Shown here piece after piece: positions 8,101 through 15,552 of a DNA stretch of 19,069 nt. The notes beneath the pieces are model-generated. The model made no database searches, was not told where the DNA came from, and saw nothing but the letters and a program-made list of their open reading frames with translations. The DNA is taken from NCBI GenBank assembly GCA_038740245.1, contig JAVYLZ010000009.1, forward strand, positions 1 to 19,069, given 5' to 3'. This DNA is from Candidatus Micrarchaeia archaeon (GTDB taxonomy: Archaea; Micrarchaeota; Micrarchaeia; CAILAH01). The position numbers and the translations under genes were made by a program. The stretch's first letter is position 1; each line of letters begins with the position of its first letter.

Positions 8101-10491
8101 TTAGAGCCCAAGCTCGGCCGCCAGGTCCTTGCGCGACACGCCCTCAATCCCCAGCAGCTCGTTTATCTCAAGTATTATCTCAATTGCCTTCTTCCTGTCA
8201 ACCTTTGAGAAGTCAACCATCTTGCGTATTGAGTCCATCTTGCCTATCAGCGCATACAGTATTACGCCGTCACGCCCGTACTTCTTGTATATTGAGAGTG
8301 CCTCGGCGCCGTACCTCCTCCGTATGTCATCCTCGGATAGCGTGGCAAACGTGCACCCGCCGCTGTTGCTTACCGAGTAAAGTATCTCGTCAAGCTCGTT
8401 CAGGTCAATGCCGTGCTCCAGCGACAGCTTCACAACATCCGACTCATTGTCAATCTTGCTCAGCAGGCGCAGCGATTTGGCGCCGAACTTTGCAAGCAGC
8501 TTGGCCTCCAGCGACATCCTCGCCGGCAGCGGAAGCTTCTGCAGAATCGGCACATCAAGTGGCACCAAATCCCTTATGATTATCTGCTTGCGCGGGCGCT
8601 CAATCGTCTCTGAAAGCGGCTGCGTGATTGCGCCCGCTTCGCGCATAGGAGGCGCCTTCTCCTCCTCTTCCTCCTCAAGCACGCGGTGCTGCTTGGGCCG
8701 TTCAAGGCGTATTATGCCCTTGGCCTCAAGGAACTCAAACAGCTTGATTATAAGCTCCTCGTCAACACCGGCCTCGTTCATTATCTGCTCGGCGGTCCGC
8801 CTCCCGTCTATGAGGCGGTATGCCATAACACCCTTGTCGCCAAACTCCTTCTGGATAAGCTCCTCAAACTCGCTGAGCCCTTCCTCTTCCGTTTCTTCTT
8901 CCTCACCTTCCTCGCCGATGCCAAACGGCTCCTCTTCCCCTGCCTCATGCGCTTCCTCCGCCTCAAGCCGCTCCTCTTCCTCCTCTTCTCCGGCCCCGCC
9001 TTTTTCCTCCTCTTCCTCACCTTCCTCCTCTTCGCCTACAACTAAGCCCTTTTCTTCCTCTTCTTCAGCTTCAGGCAGCTCCTTCTCTTCCTCCTCAGGG
9101 GGCGCAATCTCCTCTTTTGCAGGTTTAAGTTCCTCCTCTTCCTCAGCATGCGCCAGCATTTCTTCCTCCTTTTCCTCAGGGAGTGCCTCCTCTTTCGCGC
9201 TCTTCTCCGTTATTTCCTCTTTTATGGCCGGCGGTGCAATCTCCTCCTCTTCAATGTGGGGCCTTATTTCCTCCTCTTCCTCAGCTTTGGCGGATGGCTG
9301 CGGCTGCGCGGGCTTTTCCTCTTCGTGCGCAATCTTTGGCGCTGCCTTCTCCACAGGCCGTTCCTCAGGCTTCGGCGCGGGCCGCCCGGCAGCAATTTCC
9401 TCCTCACGCCCAACCCCAACCTTAGGTGGTGCCTTCTCCTTTGGCCGCTCAGCAGGGATTTCCTCCTCAATGTGCGGCTTTATTTCCTCTTCCTCCTCAC
9501 GCGGCGTTTCCTTGCGCACAGGCGGCTTTTCCTCAACGGGCTGCGGAGGCACGTACGGTGCGATATACTTTGCCTGCAGCATATAGCCCATAATCTCATT
9601 CACGCGCTCGGGCGGGATGCCTGCAAGCTCTGAAGCCCGCTTGGGGCTGGCGTGCACGGTGAGTATTGAATAGATGCGCAGGCCGTCCGCACCAAACCTG
9701 TCAAGCATATCCTTCTGCATCCTGTACTTGTCTGAAATGGGCGCGTCAACTATTCTGTAATCTGCTGATTGGTCAACGGCCTGAAGCGGTGGGGCCTTGG
9801 GCACTTCCTCACGCACAGCGGGCGGTGCAGGGGCCGCGGGCGGCAATTCCTCCTTTTTTTCAACGGGCAGGATTTGCTCAGGCGGCCGTGCAGGCACTTC
9901 TTCGCGCGCCCCGGGCGGCGCCACCTTCGCGGCAGGCGGCTGTATCTCCGGCCCCGCTTTTTGCGTGGGCTGTACAGTAGCCTCCTTTTTGGGCATCTCT
10001 GCACGCAGGTTCTCGGCCATCTGGTTTGCAAGCATGAAATCAAATATCTCCTGCACGCGCTTTGGCTCAATGCCGAGTGCGGACGATACCTCTTCCACAG
10101 TCGCAGGCTTCTTATGCAGCAGTTCATACACCTTTATGCCCGCAGATGAAAAGCTCTTGAAAAGCAGCTTTTGGTGCCTGAACCGCGCAAGCGAATCAGT
10201 CGCTGTAACCTGCAGCAGAGCGCCTTCCTCACTTTTGCGCTCGCTGAACTGCTCGGGTATCCCGCTTATGGTAATTAGGCCAAGCCGGCCCATAAAGTCA
10301 AGTATCCTGTATACCTTCTCCTCGCTTATGGGCTGCGCCTCGCGCATTATTTCATCTATGCTTGTGGTCTTCTCCAATATTGAGTAGATCCTGAGGCCGT
10401 CCGCACCGAACTTCCGGCTCACTTCCAGCTTCTGCTTGTACCTCGTAAGCGGGTCCACGCTCGCTATTGTTATCTGCACAATTGGGGGCAT
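8101..10491 (-). CDS. Hypothetical protein with six winged-helix-like repeats and Pro/Glu-rich disordered linkers
   Basis: 796-aa ORF with a GGTGAG RBS. Recurrent ~60-65 aa units with consensus [FY]GxxGxx[IV]YxxI...EI...G[IV]...V.[EK]I..F[ML]...G.I. Very acidic tract at about aa 332-538. No signal peptide or TM. Confidence 0.8.
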   Translation of the reverse strand: MPPIVQITIASVDPLTRYKQKLEVSRKFGADGLRIYSILEKTTSIDEIMREAQPISEEKVYRILDFMGRLGLITISGIPEQFSERKSEEGALLQVTATDSLARFRHQKLLFKSFSSAGIKVYELLHKKPATVEEVSSALGIEPKRVQEIFDFMLANQMAENLRAEMPKKEATVQPTQKAGPEIQPPAAKVAPPGAREEVPARPPEQILPVEKKEELPPAAPAPPAVREEVPKAPPLQAVDQSADYRIVDAPISDKYRMQKDMLDRFGADGLRIYSILTVHASPKRASELAGIPPERVNEIMGYMLQAKYIAPYVPPQPVEEKPPVRKETPREEEEEIKPHIEEEIPAERPKEKAPPKVGVGREEEIAAGRPAPKPEERPVEKAAPKIAHEEEKPAQPQPSAKAEEEEEIRPHIEEEEIAPPAIKEEITEKSAKEEALPEEKEEEMLAHAEEEEELKPAKEEIAPPEEEEKELPEAEEEEEKGLVVGEEEEGEEEEEKGGAGEEEEEERLEAEEAHEAGEEEPFGIGEEGEEEETEEEGLSEFEELIQKEFGDKGVMAYRLIDGRRTAEQIMNEAGVDEELIIKLFEFLEAKGIIRLERPKQHRVLEEEEEEKAPPMREAGAITQPLSETIERPRKQIIIRDLVPLDVPILQKLPLPARMSLEAKLLAKFGAKSLRLLSKIDNESDVVKLSLEHGIDLNELDEILYSVSNSGGCTFATLSEDDIRRRYGAEALSIYKKYGRDGVILYALIGKMDSIRKMVDFSKVDRKKAIEIILEINELLGIEGVSRKDLAAELGL

Positions 10492-10501
10492 AATGGCCTC
10501 A

Positions 10502-10532
10502 CCGGACCAAAAGGTTTATGTTAAAGGTCCGG
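10502..10532. repeat. Inverted repeat CCGGACC-N17-GGTCCGG abutting the RBS of the 796-aa gene
   Basis: Perfect 7-bp arms at 10502-10508 and 10526-10532. On the minus-strand transcript the 3' arm runs into GGTGAG. Confidence 0.5.
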
Positions 10533-10562
10533 CACCCTTATATCAATCGCAACCCTTAAATA

Positions 10563-10598
10563 ACTACACCACACACTTCGCCAAAATTGTGATGTAGT
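10563..10598. repeat. Inverted repeat ACTACACCACA-N14-TGTGATGTAGT in the divergent intergenic region
   Basis: 10/11 match between the arms at 10563-10573 and 10588-10598; the single mismatch is a G-U pair on the minus strand. Confidence 0.5.
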
Positions 10599-10652
10599 AT
10601 ATCTATTTTTCCCTAATGCCACAACTGCCCCTGCGCAGCCAGCATAGTTAGA

Positions 10653-10660
10653 TTTAAATT
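10653..10660 (+). promoter_or_regulatory. Putative TATA box (TTTAAATT) for the plus-strand gene run
   Basis: Lies 22-29 nt upstream of the GTG at 10682 with no RBS in between, consistent with a leaderless archaeal transcript. Confidence 0.45.
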
Positions 10661-10681
10661 AAAATTGCGCTAATTCCTTTT

Positions 10682-11866
10682 GTGTCATATGTTGATTCAC
10701 AGATTAGCACCGGTGTTGACCAGCTTATAAACCTGGTCTACAGGGAAAAGCGTGTGCCAATGGAGCGCGCAGCACGTGAGCTCGGTCTTGCGCAAAAAGT
10801 GATTGAGGAGTGGTCACGCATACTTGAGGAGGAGGGCATCATCCGCATTGAGTATCAGCTTACCTCCTCATACCTGGTATGGGCCGGCGAGCGGATAAAA
10901 GAGCCCGAAGGCCTTGGCGACCTGCGGCAGCAGCGCGACTCGCTGCTTGCCGAGGTTGAAGGGCTTGCGAACAGGGTGCTCGGCCTGCACGAGGATACAC
11001 AGAAATCCGAGAAGCGCCTCTCCCAGCTTATGAAGGAGATGTCCACCATAAGCACGGGCATAAGCAAGGCGGTTGACGCGCTTGAGGCCACAAAAAAGGA
11101 AGGCCAGGCCGCTTCGCAGGAAGCAAAGGAGATGGTTTCGCAGCTTGAGCAGATGATTGAAAGCGTGGGCTCAAAAATGAAGGAATACGAGCAGATGCTC
11201 AAGCAGGCAAGCAAGTCCGTTGAGGGCGATGTGAAGGCGGCTGGCGCGCTTGTTGAGCAGTCAAAATCGCTTCACGATGAGGTTGAGCGCCAGCTGCGTG
11301 CGGTTGAGGCGCAGAAAAAGCGCATTGACGCGTTATATTCCGATTTGCAGCGTGCCGAGGCGGACTTGCGCACGCGCATTGAGCAGTATTCACAGCTCCG
11401 TGAAGGCACTGTTGCCGCGGGGCTTGGCTCTGCACGCGAGGAGTTTGAGGGCATAAAGCAGATGTATAGTTCGCTTGATGACACGCTGCACCAGCGGCTT
11501 GAGGAGATGCGGCTTGCGCTCAAGACGCTTGACGAGTTCAGCAGGGACATACAGTCCCTTGAGGAAAAGATAAGCGAGGATGTGGTTGCGCAGCGGTATG
11601 CAGAGATAAAGCGCATGATGGAGTCGCTTTCAGAGATAAGCGATGAGGAGATGCGCATTGACAAGAAGCTTAAGCTGCTCATAAACGAGCTGCGCAGCCT
11701 CAGGATAGAGGTGCCGCCGACAGCCAGCAAGGAGGTTGCCGAGAAGGTTGAGGCTGCCAAGGAAAAGATTAAGGAAACCAAGCGTGAGGTTACGATGCTT
11801 GAGCAGAAGCGCAAGGAGCTGCTTGACCTTATGAGCCGCATGAAGCAGCAAAGCAAGAAGGGCTGA
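10682..11866 (+). CDS. Hypothetical protein: N-terminal winged-helix-like domain plus long coiled coil
   Basis: ISTGVDQLINLV...VPMERAARELGL...IEEWSRILEEEGIIRIEY (HTH plus wing), followed by ~320 aa of E/K/Q/L heptad-rich sequence. Ends 4 nt before the ATPase gene. Confidence 0.8.
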   Translation: MSYVDSQISTGVDQLINLVYREKRVPMERAARELGLAQKVIEEWSRILEEEGIIRIEYQLTSSYLVWAGERIKEPEGLGDLRQQRDSLLAEVEGLANRVLGLHEDTQKSEKRLSQLMKEMSTISTGISKAVDALEATKKEGQAASQEAKEMVSQLEQMIESVGSKMKEYEQMLKQASKSVEGDVKAAGALVEQSKSLHDEVERQLRAVEAQKKRIDALYSDLQRAEADLRTRIEQYSQLREGTVAAGLGSAREEFEGIKQMYSSLDDTLHQRLEEMRLALKTLDEFSRDIQSLEEKISEDVVAQRYAEIKRMMESLSEISDEEMRIDKKLKLLINELRSLRIEVPPTASKEVAEKVEAAKEKIKETKREVTMLEQKRKELLDLMSRMKQQSKKG

Positions 11867-11870
11867 TATA

Positions 11871-13370
11871 ATGAAACCCGATGTGAAGGAAGAAGGGCTG
11901 CTTGATTCATATACTCTTGATGTTGAAGGGATGGCTGTTGATGTGCGCATCACGCAGAGCACATCGCAGTACGTGCCCCTGTATTCCATAAAGATACCCG
12001 GCCTTGCCGAAGGCACCAAGATAATACTTGACACGCAGATAAAGGGGGAGCTTGTCGGCGAGGTCAACGTTGACATAAGCGAGATGCTTGATGCGCGCAA
12101 GAACAAGTATGTGCGCGACGCTTTCTTTTCAAAGACCTCTAAGGTGCTGCTGAGGCATTTCCCCAACCTGACGCACGAAAACCTGCGCGTGCTCACGGCA
12201 TACTTGATGCAGTATACGCTGGGCCTCGGCGACCTTGAGCCGTTTGTGCATGATGAGGGGCTTGAGGAGATAGTTGTAAACGGCTCTCAGCAGCCGGTAT
12301 GGGTGTTCCACAAGAAGTACGGCTGGTGCATCACCAACGTCGTGATAAAGGATGAGAAGCTGATACAGGATTACGCCGCGGGGATAGGCCGCCGCGTGGG
12401 CAGGCAGATTAACCTGCTCAACCCGCTTATGGACGCCCGGCTGTCAACCGGCGAGCGTGTCAACGCCACGCTTTTCCCAATATCAACATCAGGCAACACA
12501 ATCACCATCAGGAAGTTTGCACGGAACCCTTGGACGCCATCCCTGTTTGTCCAGCGCTCCACAATATCCGCAGAGGTAATGGCACTGCTGTGGCTGAGCA
12601 TACAGAACGAGATGTCTATCCTTGTTTCTGGAGGCACTGGCAGCGGTAAGACATCATTCCTGAACGCGCTGTCAAACCTCTTCCCGCCCAACCAGCGCGT
12701 AATCAGCATTGAGGATACTCGTGAGATTTACCTGCCGTCATTTTTGCAGTGGGTGCCGCTTTCAACACGCCTGCCCAATCCCGAAGGAAAGGGCGAGATA
12801 AGCATGCTTGACCTTATGGTGAACGCGCTCAGGATGCGGCCCGACCGCATAATAGTAGGCGAGGTTAGGCGGCAGCGTGAGGCCGAGATACTGTTTGAGG
12901 CGATGCACACGGGGCACTCTGTATATGCAACCCTGCACGCCGATAACTCAGAGCAGACAGTATCGCGCCTTACCAACCCGCCAATCAGCATACCCCAGAC
13001 GATGCTTGGCGCGCTTGACCTCATAGTTGTGCAGTACAGGAACCGCAGGACTGGCATCCGCAGGACGTTTGAGGTTGCCGAGATGACAGATACCGGCGGC
13101 TACAATGTTATATACAGGTGGAACCCGCGTACCGACAGGATTGAGAAGGTTCAGGAGATATCATCGCTTGCAGACCGCATAGGCCTTTACACGGGGATGA
13201 CGCTTAAGGAGGTGCGGCAGGACATCTCTGAAAAGGCGCAGGTCATAAACTACATGGTGCGCAACGACCTGCTTGACATTGAGTCGGTGGGCAAGATAGT
13301 GGCCGAATATTACAGGAATCCCGAGCAGGTGGTTGCGCTTGCCGCGCGCGGTGAGGGGGTGCGCCGCTGA
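11871..13370 (+). CDS. Type II/IV secretion system ATPase (TadA/CpaF/VirB11/FlaI superfamily)
   Basis: Walker A GGTGSGKT, Asp box SIEDTRE, LRMRPDRIIVGEVR (Walker B), His box AMHTGH..ATLHA, plus DARL..GERVNA and TITIRKF. Confidence 0.93.
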   Translation: MKPDVKEEGLLDSYTLDVEGMAVDVRITQSTSQYVPLYSIKIPGLAEGTKIILDTQIKGELVGEVNVDISEMLDARKNKYVRDAFFSKTSKVLLRHFPNLTHENLRVLTAYLMQYTLGLGDLEPFVHDEGLEEIVVNGSQQPVWVFHKKYGWCITNVVIKDEKLIQDYAAGIGRRVGRQINLLNPLMDARLSTGERVNATLFPISTSGNTITIRKFARNPWTPSLFVQRSTISAEVMALLWLSIQNEMSILVSGGTGSGKTSFLNALSNLFPPNQRVISIEDTREIYLPSFLQWVPLSTRLPNPEGKGEISMLDLMVNALRMRPDRIIVGEVRRQREAEILFEAMHTGHSVYATLHADNSEQTVSRLTNPPISIPQTMLGALDLIVVQYRNRRTGIRRTFEVAEMTDTGGYNVIYRWNPRTDRIEKVQEISSLADRIGLYTGMTLKEVRQDISEKAQVINYMVRNDLLDIESVGKIVAEYYRNPEQVVALAARGEGVRR

Positions 13371-13567
13371 TGCCGGACGTTGATTTTAATTCGCTGCGCA
13401 AGAAGGTGCGCGAGCTTGAGCAGCAGGCCGAGCAGCCCAAGTATGCCCCGCTGCAGACCACGAGGAAGGTTGATTTTGAGATTAAGCTGCTCTCGTTTGA
13501 GGATGTCGCCACCGAGCTTGATAAGCTTTATAAGGTGAAGGCGGCCAAAAAATACCTCAAGGCATAG
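13370..13567 (+). CDS. Small hypothetical protein (65 aa), translationally coupled to the ATPase
   Basis: TGATG stop/start overlap at 13370, GGTG-type RBS upstream, typical codon usage, amphipathic helical sequence; it fills the gap before hmgA. Confidence 0.65.
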   Translation: MPDVDFNSLRKKVRELEQQAEQPKYAPLQTTRKVDFEIKLLSFEDVATELDKLYKVKAAKKYLKA

Positions 13568-13579
13568 CTATATGCCAGT

Positions 13580-14842
13580 TTGGTGTTAGAGTTGCCTGAG
13601 GATGCATTTTCCGGGTTTTACAAGAGGACTGTTGAGGAGCGCATGCGCATAATTGAGCGGGAGTGCGAGCTTTCAAAGGAGGAAAGCAGTGTGCTGACTT
13701 CTGGCGGCCTCCCAATTCAGGAAGCGGATATGATGCGCGAGAATGTGATAGGCCTGTATTCGCTGCCGCTCAGTGTTGCGGTGGGCTTCCGCATAAATGA
13801 TAGGGATTATTTGGTGCCCATGGCCGGTGAGGAGCCCAGCGTGGTTGCCGCCGCATCAAAGGCCGCAAAAATGGCGCGCGAGTTCGGAGGGTTCAAGGCC
13901 GTATCCACCGAGCCGGTAATGATAGGCGAGATTGCGCTGCTCAAGCCCGACCCGGACGTTGCTGGGACAATAGCCGCGCACAAGCAGGATCTCCTTAAGA
14001 TAATGAATGAGATTGCACCGTCAATGGCTGCGCGCGGCGGCGGCCCGCGTGACATATGGGCCCGCGAGTATACATCTGCGCACGGCAAGTGTGCGGTTGT
14101 TTATTTCTCGGTTGACGTGCGCGATGCAATGGGCGCGAACACAGTCAACAGGATTGCCGAGGGCCTTTCACCGGCGCTTACAGCGCTTGTTGGCGGCACG
14201 GTGTTCATGCGGATACTTACAAACCTGTCAATAAAACGGATTTCACGGGCCAAAGCGTTCTTTACAGATGATATGGAGATGGCAAAGGGCATCCTTCTAG
14301 CACAGTCTTTTGCAGAGAACGATGTTTTCCGTGCGGTAACCCATAACAAGGGCATAATGAACGGGATAAGCGCGCTTGCACTCGCAACGGGCAACGATAC
14401 GCGCGCCGTGGAAGCGGGCGCTCACGGGTATGCAGCATACAGCTCGTTTTACAGGCCGCTCACAAAATACTACATTGATGATGGGAAACTTGCAGGCGAG
14501 ATTGAAGTGCCGCTTGCGCTTGGCATTGTTGGCTCGGGCACCAACCATCGCGCCGCACGCATATGCATTGACAGGATACTGCGCGTGAAATCGTCACAGG
14601 AGCTGTGCAATGTTGCCGCATCACTGGGCCTTGCACAGAACTTTGCGGCGCTTCGTGCGCTTACGCAGGAAGGCATAAACCGAGGGCATATGCTCCTGCA
14701 CTCAAAAACGCTTGCGCTCATGGCGGGTGCGACCCCAGAGGAGGCCGCACAGGTATACGACCATTTCAAGAATTACAACGGCGACATTACAATGACGCTT
14801 GTGAAGCAGGTGCTTGATGAGATGCGGAGGGCAAGGAGGTAG
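13580..14842 (+). CDS. mvaA: Hydroxymethylglutaryl-CoA reductase, class II ('degradative'/MvaA-type)
   Basis: ENVIG, VPMA.EEPSVVAAAS, DAMGAN, THNKGIMNG, GND.RAVEAGAH, GLAQNFAALRAL..EGI..GHM.LH; catalytic Glu, Lys, Asp and His present. The true start may be the TTG at 13592 behind GGTG. Confidence 0.93.
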   Translation: MVLELPEDAFSGFYKRTVEERMRIIERECELSKEESSVLTSGGLPIQEADMMRENVIGLYSLPLSVAVGFRINDRDYLVPMAGEEPSVVAAASKAAKMAREFGGFKAVSTEPVMIGEIALLKPDPDVAGTIAAHKQDLLKIMNEIAPSMAARGGGPRDIWAREYTSAHGKCAVVYFSVDVRDAMGANTVNRIAEGLSPALTALVGGTVFMRILTNLSIKRISRAKAFFTDDMEMAKGILLAQSFAENDVFRAVTHNKGIMNGISALALATGNDTRAVEAGAHGYAAYSSFYRPLTKYYIDDGKLAGEIEVPLALGIVGSGTNHRAARICIDRILRVKSSQELCNVAASLGLAQNFAALRALTQEGINRGHMLLHSKTLALMAGATPEEAAQVYDHFKNYNGDITMTLVKQVLDEMRRARR

Positions 14843-14852
14843 GAATGTTTGC

Positions 14853-14883
14853 ACAGGGGAGCAGGCACCCCGCCTGCCCCTGT
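14853..14883. other. GC-rich stem-loop between the HMG-CoA reductase gene and nmd3
   Basis: ACAGGGG(AG)CAGGC-ACCCC-GCCTGCCCCTGT: 12-bp stem with a 2-nt bulge and 5-nt loop, 10 nt after the TAG stop. Confidence 0.6.
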
Positions 14884-14919
14884 CATGGCCTCAAAATGCA
14901 AATGTGTTGGTGTGTTCAC

Positions 14920-15525
14920 ATGCGAAAACAATGCCCGCAGTGTGGTGCAGCAAGCGATTCCGTGAAATTCATTGGCAGCTTTTGCGAGCCGTGCTTTTTT
15001 TCACTGAATGCGCCCTGCTTGCCCGACCATATCACAATTTATGAGTGCAGGGAATGTGGCGGCGAGCGTATAAAGCAATGGGGTGAGGAAATCGCCACGG
15101 CGGTTGCTCATGCGCTGAGGAGTAAAGTGTTCGGGATACCAAAGGTGAGCATCAAGGGCGATGCGGCAAACATAAGGTATGAAGGCCTGCCGCGTGTGTT
15201 CACTGTAAGGCTGAAGCGCAAGGAATCACTGTGCGATGCGTGCTCGCAAAAATTCTCCGGCTATTATGAGGGCATAATACAATTGCGCGGCCGGTATGCG
15301 CGCGACCCGCAGTTCGTTGACTCGCTGCTCAGGAAGCTTGAGAGGGCTACGTTTGTGCAGAAGGTTGTTGAGCTCAAGGAAGGCATAGACATTTATTATG
15401 GGGACCGCGCAATCACGCGCTCAATACTCTCTGCCATGAAGCTCAAGCCCAAAGTTTCAAATAAATTGTATGGCGTGAAGGACGGCCAGCGCGTATACAG
15501 GACAACTTTTCTCATAAGGGATTAA
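14920..15525 (+). CDS. nmd3: NMD3-family protein (short archaeal form)
   Basis: Four CxxC pairs (CPQC, CEPC, CREC, CDAC), then GYYEGIIQLRG, G.DIY, and the KLYGVKDGQRVYRTTFLIR C-terminus. ATG at 14920 is preceded by GGTG and is preferred over the track's 14845. Confidence 0.85.
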   Translation: MRKQCPQCGAASDSVKFIGSFCEPCFFSLNAPCLPDHITIYECRECGGERIKQWGEEIATAVAHALRSKVFGIPKVSIKGDAANIRYEGLPRVFTVRLKRKESLCDACSQKFSGYYEGIIQLRGRYARDPQFVDSLLRKLERATFVQKVVELKEGIDIYYGDRAITRSILSAMKLKPKVSNKLYGVKDGQRVYRTTFLIRD

Positions 15526-15552
15526 ATTGGGTAAAAAATATCCAGTTAAAAA
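15526..15552 (-). terminator. Putative archaeal oligo-T terminator in the convergent gap
   Basis: Minus strand TTTTT-AACTGGATA-TTTTTT directly after the TAG of the 672-aa gene. Confidence 0.4.

Noticed and set aside
8878..9498. CRISPR array or phase-variable microsatellite in the (TCC/TCT)n region
   Set aside because: Imperfect in-frame Glu codon runs with mixed GAG/GAA; no fixed-length repeat-spacer periodicity.
8408..9586. 392-aa Ser-rich plus-strand ORF (and 9797-10387)
   Set aside because: Antisense mirror of the GAG/GAA-rich 796-aa gene (poly-E reads as poly-S); no RBS or independent features.
10682..11866. SMC/Rad50, chemoreceptor or ESCRT-III/CdvB assignment for the coiled-coil protein
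   Set aside because: No Walker motifs, zinc hook or MCP hairpin signature; the similarity is only generic coiled-coil composition and cannot be supported without a profile search.
11272..12196. 212-aa and 188-aa minus-strand ORFs
   Set aside because: Antisense shadows of the coiled-coil and ATPase genes.
11871..13370. Calling the ATPase archaellar FlaI/ArlI or a conjugative VirB11
   Set aside because: No arlH/arlJ/archaellin, VirB4 or relaxase genes nearby; the motifs only support the superfamily-level call. No intein seen.
14853..14883. SECIS element or intrinsic terminator
   Set aside because: No in-frame UGA selenoprotein candidate nearby, no clear archaeal SECIS consensus, and no U-tract on either side.
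14845..14919. Cys/His-rich 25-aa N-terminal extension of NMD3
   Set aside because: The family-like sequence begins at MRKQCPQC, the ATG at 14920 has a GGTG RBS, and the extension overlaps a GC hairpin.
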